A DNA stretch of 64,000 nt from Dehalococcoidia bacterium. GTDB lineage: Bacteria; Chloroflexota; Dehalococcoidia; Plut-88900. The position numbers were made by a program, and so were the translations under genes. The notes under the pieces were generated by a model that worked only from the letters and a program-made list of their open reading frames with translations, was not told the DNA's origin and ran no database searches. Positions 57,694 to 64,000 of the stretch are shown piece by piece; the stretch's first letter is position 1; every line of letters begins with the position of its first letter. Location: the NCBI GenBank assembly GCA_965249275.1, contig CBDFLQ010000007.1:800001-864000 (forward strand), written 5' to 3'.

Positions 57694-57914
57694 CAATAGT
57701 GACTGGACCGCAAAGTCGATTTCGAGCCGAAGACTCACAATCTGGCGCTTCTTAAGTCAAAAATCAACAAATAAAGCCGTAACTATTAGCGCGCTAAAAC
57801 GTTATAGGGACGTGAGTGGTGTTGAAGTAGCGTTGACATACAGCTTAAATAATACTCGGACACTTGGGATGGGTGGCGGTTGTCTTGATTGGTGGGGTCT
57901 TAGTAGGAGGGACC

Positions 57915-59141
57915 ATGCTCTCTAGGTATTTGTTTACATCAGTCCTGTTGATAATTCTGGCCCTGACGCTTGCGCTGCCCTCGGCGGCGTTAGCGCAGGA
58001 TGCGGAAGAGGAGGTAGAGCCGTGCCCTGCAGGGATCACCCTGGAGCTCCCGGCAACGGGTATCAGCCTTGAGGCTATAACCACCACAGCAAACCTGGAC
58101 ACCGTGTTGTGCAACGGCACAGACGGACCAATGCTTGTCAACTTGGAAGCTAGCGGGATGCCGGCAGACTGGACCGCTAAATTCAGGCCCAGGGTCGGGA
58201 GCTTTCTCATAACGAGCATTTTGCTGGACGCAGGACAGCGTACGGACTTGCAGCTGAGGATCCGTGGCCCGAGAGACCAGAGCGCCGCAGACTTTACACT
58301 AACTATGCAGGCTACTTCGGGGTCTGGGGATGTCCTGGTAGAGAAAACGCTGAGAGTACAGAGAGTGGAGGGCGAACCTGCAGACCCGGGGCAGGTCACG
58401 GTAACGGCCAGCTACCCCTTCCTGAGCGGGCCGACTTCCACCCTCTTCGAGTTTGAGATGGCTGTTGTGAACAATACACCCGAGGACGTATCTCTCAACC
58501 TGGGCGCATTGTTCCCGCAGGGGTGGACAGTGCAGTTCCTCCCGGCATTCGGGGCGGAGAGATTGATAACTAACGTAAGCATAGTGGCACAGCTGAACCA
58601 GCGGATTAAGGTGCGGGTATTCCCCCCGGCGCTGGCACCGGCGGGAGATTACCCGATTCTGGTCCGGATGTCGGATGAGGAGGAGATCTACGTTAAGGAG
58701 GTGCCCCTGCAGGTGACTCTCACCGGCGCCTTCGACGTTTTCATGACCACTCCCGACGGACGGCTGAACGTGAACGCAGATGCAGGCAGCGCACAAGCGG
58801 CGACGGTGCGCATGGTGAACACCGGCACCGCTGACATCGAGAATCTGCGGCTGATCGCAGACACCCCCGCCGGCTGGGAAATCGAGTACCAGACTGCGAA
58901 CGTGGAGTCGCTGCCCGTAAACAACCGGATCGACGTGCCGTTGACCATCACGCCCCCGGGCGACGCGGTTCCCGGTGACTACCTGGTCACCCTGCGAGCT
59001 CGCAACAACGACGTGCAGGACCAGGTCTCGTTGAGAATAACGGTTGAGAAGTCGACGATCTGGCAGTGGGTTGGAATTGGCATACTGGTTGCGGTAGTCA
59101 TAGCCCTGGTTGGAATGTTCGTGCGGCTGGGCAGGCGATGA
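57915..59141 (+). CDS. Secreted, C-terminally anchored NEW3/Ig-like repeat protein
   Basis: Signal peptide (ALA-QD), three repeats with P.GW and PP.A..GDY, C-terminal TM ending GRR; ATG after AGGAGG. Confidence 0.8.
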   Translation: MLSRYLFTSVLLIILALTLALPSAALAQDAEEEVEPCPAGITLELPATGISLEAITTTANLDTVLCNGTDGPMLVNLEASGMPADWTAKFRPRVGSFLITSILLDAGQRTDLQLRIRGPRDQSAADFTLTMQATSGSGDVLVEKTLRVQRVEGEPADPGQVTVTASYPFLSGPTSTLFEFEMAVVNNTPEDVSLNLGALFPQGWTVQFLPAFGAERLITNVSIVAQLNQRIKVRVFPPALAPAGDYPILVRMSDEEEIYVKEVPLQVTLTGAFDVFMTTPDGRLNVNADAGSAQAATVRMVNTGTADIENLRLIADTPAGWEIEYQTANVESLPVNNRIDVPLTITPPGDAVPGDYLVTLRARNNDVQDQVSLRITVEKSTIWQWVGIGILVAVVIALVGMFVRLGRR

Positions 59142-60067
59142 GCGGACCGATAATCGAGACCGAAGGACTGACCAAGAAGTACGGAAACTTCACCGCCGTC
59201 GACAGCCTGGACTTGAGGCTGGAAGAGGGAGAAGTCTTCGGCTTCCTGGGGCCTAACGGGTCCGGGAAGAGCACGACGATACTGATGATCCTCGGGCTTA
59301 CGGAGCCGACGGAAGGGTGGGCACGAGTGTCGGGATTCGACCCGACTCGTAACCCGCTGGCCGTGAAGAGGAACATAGGGTATCTGCCGGAGTCGATAGG
59401 GTTCTACAACGACCTGTCCGGCCGGGAGAATTTGCAGTACACGGCGCGTCTGAACAGCATGCCGCGGGAAGACAGCGACCGGCGCATAGATGACTTACTC
59501 GAGCAGGTTGAACTGTCGGCGGCGCCCAGCCAGCCGGTGGGCCAATACTCGAGGGGAATGCGGCAGCGGCTGGGGTTGGCCGACGTCCTGCTTAAGCAGC
59601 CTCAGCTGGTGATTCTGGACGACCCCACACTGGGCCTGGACCCGGCCGGAGTCAACTGGTTATTACAGCTGATCAAAGAGATGAGCGACGAGCAGGGGAT
59701 AACCGTGTTCATATCCTCCCACCGCCTCCATGAAGTGCAGCGGATATGCAACCGAGTCGGGATAATGTCCCACGGGAAGATGGTACTGGAGGGGCCGGTT
59801 GACGAACTGATGAACCGGCAAGAGGAAGGTTATCAACTCGATCTGGAAGTGGACAAAGTGACGCCACAGTTGTTGGAAGCGTTACGGGGATTACCGACGG
59901 TAGAACGGTGCGAGGCGCTGGGTAACATGATTACGGTGTCATCCAAAGAACAGGTTCGAATACAGGCCCTATCCGTGGTGCAGGCTCAGAATGTGGACCT
60001 GCTCCAGTTGCAGACCCGCAATCGGAGTCTGGAAGAAATCTACCTGAGGTATTTCCAGGAGGTCTAG
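59138..60067 (+). CDS. ABC transporter ATP-binding protein
   Basis: GPNGSGKST, YSRGMRQR, ILDDPT, SSH; ATGA overlap. Confidence 0.95.
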   Translation: MSGPIIETEGLTKKYGNFTAVDSLDLRLEEGEVFGFLGPNGSGKSTTILMILGLTEPTEGWARVSGFDPTRNPLAVKRNIGYLPESIGFYNDLSGRENLQYTARLNSMPREDSDRRIDDLLEQVELSAAPSQPVGQYSRGMRQRLGLADVLLKQPQLVILDDPTLGLDPAGVNWLLQLIKEMSDEQGITVFISSHRLHEVQRICNRVGIMSHGKMVLEGPVDELMNRQEEGYQLDLEVDKVTPQLLEALRGLPTVERCEALGNMITVSSKEQVRIQALSVVQAQNVDLLQLQTRNRSLEEIYLRYFQEV

Positions 60068-60068
60068 C

Positions 60069-60989
60069 ATGATAGCTATCTTCTGGAAAGAGATGGCCGA
60101 TCACTTCGGCAGGAGGAGATTCGTCTTCCTGTTGGCTTTGGTATTCCTTGCGATAATCTGGGCCCTTTCAGTGATATTCGGGACGGTGGAAAAAGCGGCT
60201 AGCAGCCGGGAAGAGTTCCTGTTCCTGAGGGTCTTCTCATCGAGCAGCGACGTACTCCCGTCACTACTCTTCTTCATCAGCTTCTTCGGGCCACTGGCAG
60301 GGATAATCCTGGGGTTCGACAGCATCAATAGCGAACGGTCCCAAGGCACATTGGCCAGGATCCTGTCCCAGCCCGTGCACCGGGATGAGGTGTACAACGG
60401 AAAGTTTTTGGCAGGACTTACCACCTTAGCCGTTATTCAAGTATCGACGATACTGGCGATTGTCGGGGCTACGATGGCTTCCCTGGGGATAGTCCCGGAC
60501 GGCGAAGAGATAGTCCGCTTAATAGGGTTCGCCATCGTTTCGATAGCGTACCTGGGCCTATGGCTCGCAGTCTCAATGTCGTGCTCGATATTCTTCAGGA
60601 GCACGGTAGTCTCAGCCATGGTAGCGATAGGGCTGTGGCTGCTTTCGACATTCTTCCTGATTCTGGTTGCGGGAGCAATAGCAGACTTCTTCGTCGGGGA
60701 GGTGGATAGCCAGGAATTGGCTATTGAACACTTCAACCTGGAAACGTGGATATCGCGTATTTCTCCATCGTTCCTGTTTTCGGAGGCGTCGGACACGTTG
60801 CTAAACCCGACAGTCCGGAGCCTTGGGGTGTTACTGCAGGACCAGACATCGGGTCTGCTGAGCAGCCCGATATCGGCCGTACAGAGCTTACGGCTGGTGT
60901 GGCCGCACATCGTGGCTATGATATCGGCGGTGGTGGTGTTCCTGGCAGTCTCGTACACGAAGTTCATGCGTGAGGAAATAAGGTCGTAA
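60069..60989 (+). CDS. ABC-2 type permease
   Basis: GFDSINSERSQGTLARILSQP; six TM segments. Confidence 0.9.
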   Translation: MIAIFWKEMADHFGRRRFVFLLALVFLAIIWALSVIFGTVEKAASSREEFLFLRVFSSSSDVLPSLLFFISFFGPLAGIILGFDSINSERSQGTLARILSQPVHRDEVYNGKFLAGLTTLAVIQVSTILAIVGATMASLGIVPDGEEIVRLIGFAIVSIAYLGLWLAVSMSCSIFFRSTVVSAMVAIGLWLLSTFFLILVAGAIADFFVGEVDSQELAIEHFNLETWISRISPSFLFSEASDTLLNPTVRSLGVLLQDQTSGLLSSPISAVQSLRLVWPHIVAMISAVVVFLAVSYTKFMREEIRS

Positions 60990-61034
60990 CGCACCTGGGG
61001 ACTAGCATATTCTCCCCTTCGGCCTTTTGAAATG

Positions 61035-61075
61035 AAGCATCGGGCGGTTGGCTAAGCCAACCGCCCGATGCTTTT
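61035..61075 (+). terminator. Intrinsic terminator
   Basis: aagcatcgggcggttggct/agccaaccgcccgatgctt plus tt. Confidence 0.85.
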
Positions 61076-61250
61076 ACTCACACTCTCCGAGACTCAGGTG
61101 ACCCCCCGTGGGCAAAATTGCCCGTATACTTTCCAACTGTTGTCAGTACGCTGGCCAGTCTCTACAGTAGTCGCAGAAATAATCGGAGTCGGATAAGAGA
61201 CAGGAATATCAGAGCGGAGGTCGGCCGTCTTAGGATCTGTACGACAGACT

Positions 61251-62972
61251 GTGAAGGGGATTAGGTGGGAGAACGGTAAAGCGCGCCTTGTAGAGGGGTG
61301 GAGGCGGTGGGAGGGGAACACGCTGCTACTGCTTTCGCCGGTGATTCTACTGCTGGCGATTTTCTTCGTATGGCCCTTGGTGCAGGTCCTGGAAGCCAGT
61401 TTTGGTGGTCGGGGGCCTTTCACTCTTGAGTTGTACGACAAGGCCATCTTTGGCCAGATAGCCCAGAACTGGTGGGAGATAACCATCGAGCAGACGATAG
61501 TTACCACCGGGTTCTGCCTGATCTTAGGTTACCCATTGGCCTACTACCTGGCATCAAGCACGGGCTGGAGGCGGACGCTGGTCCTGATAGCGGTAGTGGT
61601 GCCATTTCTCACTCACTTCGTGGCGCAGACCTCAGTGTGGAGGGTGATTCTCGGGCGAAGGGGCTGGATAAATGAGTCTCTGACAGGCCTCGGCATCATC
61701 GACGAGCCGCTGGAAATTCTGTTTACCAGCTTAGCGGTCGAAATCAGCATGGTCCAGACCCTGCTCCCGTTCATGGTGTTATGCATCTATGCAGGCATGC
61801 GGGGGATCCCGAGGGCGTTCATGATGGTGGCCCAAACCCTTGGCGCCGGGCCCCTGCGAGCCTTCTTGAGGGTGTACCTACCTCTAAGCATGCCGGGGGT
61901 TTGGGCGGGGATTCTGCTAGTTGCAGTGCTGACCATCGGGTCATTCGCCGCCCCCGACATTTTGGGTAATATCCCTCAGCGAGGGATCGCGTCACATCTA
62001 CGGGGCGGGGGCCAGTTCAATTCAGCGCTGGCGATGGTCACCCTGGCAGGGGTCTTGATACTCTATCTGGCGTTTGTGCGATGGGTCGGCTTCAGGCCGC
62101 TGTACCAAGCCGGGGAGGCATTGACGGGCCTAAAGGGAGAGGAGCAGGGGCGGCCCTCGGGGCGACGATTTCTGCTCGGGGGTGGGGTGGGGTTGATCTG
62201 CGCCTACCTACTTCTGCCGCCCGTGGCGGTGGTATTCCTGTCCTTCAGTGCCTCGTCCTTCATCAGATTCCCGCCTCGGGAGTTTTCTTTTAAGTGGTAC
62301 GGGGAGTACTTCACCTCGGCAGACCCCCTGCTTCATTGGTTCGGTGCCACGGTGAGAAGTGTGGAAATAGCAGTGTTGGTAGTAGTGTTTACACTGGCGT
62401 TGGGAGGCATAGTCTCGTATGCACTCGTGCGGTCTCGGCTGCCGGGGAGGGGGCTGATTAACAGCTTCTTCATCGCGCCATTGATAGTGCCGACAGTCGT
62501 GACCGCAGGGGCGATATTTCACCTGTACTTCTACAGCACGGTGCTCCGGCACCTGCTGGGGACTACACCAGGTATGGTAATACCGCACACGGTACTCGCC
62601 CTTCCCTACGTGATCATCATCCTGACGGCTACGCTTCGGAGCATAGACCCGATTCAAGAGCGGGTTGCTATGAGCCTGGGAGCGAATCGGCTGACGACAC
62701 TGCGTCGAATACTGCTGCCCCAGATATACCCAGGTCTGGCCCTCGCGGGTTTTTTGGCCTTCCTGGTGTCGTTCAACGAAGTGATAGTGGCGCTGATCCT
62801 GAAGACACGGGACTTCCAGACCCTGCCGATGAACATGTGGGCAGGCAGAACCGCCGAGTTTGCCCCCATGATGGCAGCAGTATCTGTACTAGTTCTTATC
62901 GGGGCAGGGATATTGCTGGGCGTGGTCTGGTCCATAAGACGCCGGATGGCAAGCCAGCTCAGCGACCCATAA
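61251..62972 (+). CDS. Fused PotB/PotC-like ABC importer permease
   Basis: Two permease halves: LGYPLAY...AQTLGA...PLSMPG and FPP..FS.KWY...AMSLGA...SFNEV. Confidence 0.85.
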   Translation: MKGIRWENGKARLVEGWRRWEGNTLLLLSPVILLLAIFFVWPLVQVLEASFGGRGPFTLELYDKAIFGQIAQNWWEITIEQTIVTTGFCLILGYPLAYYLASSTGWRRTLVLIAVVVPFLTHFVAQTSVWRVILGRRGWINESLTGLGIIDEPLEILFTSLAVEISMVQTLLPFMVLCIYAGMRGIPRAFMMVAQTLGAGPLRAFLRVYLPLSMPGVWAGILLVAVLTIGSFAAPDILGNIPQRGIASHLRGGGQFNSALAMVTLAGVLILYLAFVRWVGFRPLYQAGEALTGLKGEEQGRPSGRRFLLGGGVGLICAYLLLPPVAVVFLSFSASSFIRFPPREFSFKWYGEYFTSADPLLHWFGATVRSVEIAVLVVVFTLALGGIVSYALVRSRLPGRGLINSFFIAPLIVPTVVTAGAIFHLYFYSTVLRHLLGTTPGMVIPHTVLALPYVIIILTATLRSIDPIQERVAMSLGANRLTTLRRILLPQIYPGLALAGFLAFLVSFNEVIVALILKTRDFQTLPMNMWAGRTAEFAPMMAAVSVLVLIGAGILLGVVWSIRRRMASQLSDP

Positions 62973-64000
62973 CGTAAGTCTCGCGGCGGGGGTCTGCTCC
63001 TCCCATCAATACTCCGTTTTCGTGGTCAACTACTATTGCGGAGACCGAAGAGGTGTGGGCCTGGGACCACTCGTGTAGGGTTTCGACGTCATGGCCTCTT
63101 CTTTGGAGTTCAGCGCGGGTCTCGGCGGATATCCGACCCTCAACCCGTAGCCTTCCCGGGAGGTAGGTGTGGGGCCAGAAGGAGTTGGGGTAGTTCCAGG
63201 ACGTGACCCTGGGCGCTTCTATGGCCTGCTGTGGCCTCATTCCGAAAACGGCGATATTGAGGAAAGTCTGGATCATGCCCTGGGGCTGGGCGTCGCCGCC
63301 GGGACAGCCGAAAGGCATGAAGAGTTTGCCGTTCTTGAAGGCTATAGCGGGATTGGGTGTGAGGCGGGGACGCTTCCAAGGCCCGAGGCTCGACGGGTTG
63401 TCGGGTTCCAGCCAGCTCTGATAACCCCTACCCGACATCACGAGGCCCAGGCCGGGGACAACGGGGCTTTCGGATACGGGGTCGGAGGGAGTCGCAGAGA
63501 AGGCATTGCCCCATTTGTCGACGACGCACGTGTAACTGGTGTCGGCGGCTGAGGCACCGGCGACGGGAACAGGCTGAGCGCCTGCGGAATTCACGACAAT
63601 CCTATCCCCCTTAGGAGGACTCTGGAATGGCCAGGGGTTGCCGGGTTCGGGCATCCGGCCCGGTGTACGAGACATGTCGATGTCGGAACGGCGGGATCTC
63701 GTATATCCCTTAGACAATATCCCCTCGATGGGTACGTCTATGAAATCGGGGTCTCCGTAGTAGTGGTGGCGGTCTGCGAAGGCCCGGTCCATAGCCTCGG
63801 TGTAGAGATGCAAGTAGTCGGCTGAATTGTGGCCCAGGGCTTCCAGGTCGTCGTCCTCCAGCATCTGGAGCACCTGCCCGACCACCGGGCCCTGGCACCA
63901 GGGGCCACAAGTGTAGATGGTGTAGTCCCGGAAACTTGCGCTCACTGGTGGCTCAACCTTCACGGTGAAGTCGTGGATGTCCTGGTAGGTAATGAGGCCG
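62959..64000 (-). CDS. Gamma-glutamyltransferase family protein, 5' part outside the window
   Basis: ADRHHYYGDP, DTSYTCVVDKWGN (N-terminal nucleophile Thr), PGGDAQPQ, GGADPRR. Confidence 0.92.
   Translation of the reverse strand, partial: GLITYQDIHDFTVKVEPPVSASFRDYTIYTCGPWCQGPVVGQVLQMLEDDDLEALGHNSADYLHLYTEAMDRAFADRHHYYGDPDFIDVPIEGILSKGYTRSRRSDIDMSRTPGRMPEPGNPWPFQSPPKGDRIVVNSAGAQPVPVAGASAADTSYTCVVDKWGNAFSATPSDPVSESPVVPGLGLVMSGRGYQSWLEPDNPSSLGPWKRPRLTPNPAIAFKNGKLFMPFGCPGGDAQPQGMIQTFLNIAVFGMRPQQAIEAPRVTSWNYPNSFWPHTYLPGRLRVEGRISAETRAELQRRGHDVETLHEWSQAHTSSVSAIVVDHENGVLMGGADPRRETYVMGR

Overview
Bacterial chromosomal window, high GC. It is most consistent with a Chloroflexota/Dehalococcoidia (SAR202-like) organism. 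This is an inference from the tuf-rpmG-secE-nusG-rplKAJL cluster without rpoBC, dnaN without dnaA, and paralog-rich LLM/amidohydrolase content. The left ~36 kb is an accessory region dominated by C-N bond catabolism: amidohydrolases, a tandem ureohydrolase duplication, D-aminoacylase, cobalt nitrile hydratase, a GatC-like/amidase pair, CocE hydrolase, LLM monooxygenases, a GcvT-family oxidoreductase and a proline racemase. AT-richer inserts interrupt it: two PD-(D/E)XK-like genes and a DUF5678-like/aspartyl-protease pair inside the nitrile hydratase operon. The right part is mostly housekeeping (ribosomal proteins with L10 leader, three tRNAs, larE/larC, radA, clpC, rpsA, rpsO-pnp-dapB-asd-dapA, purA, ABC transporters, truncated ggt). 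The most unusual element is non-coding: a ~430-nt segment (4601-5028) closed by a long terminal stem. It is packed with hairpins, crossing pairings and a duplicated loop motif, and it lies next to a sigma70-like promoter with a LexA-like palindrome, a cluster of REP-like repeats and a PD-(D/E)XK-like gene. All calls come from reading the sequence and motifs by eye; no database searches or folding were run.
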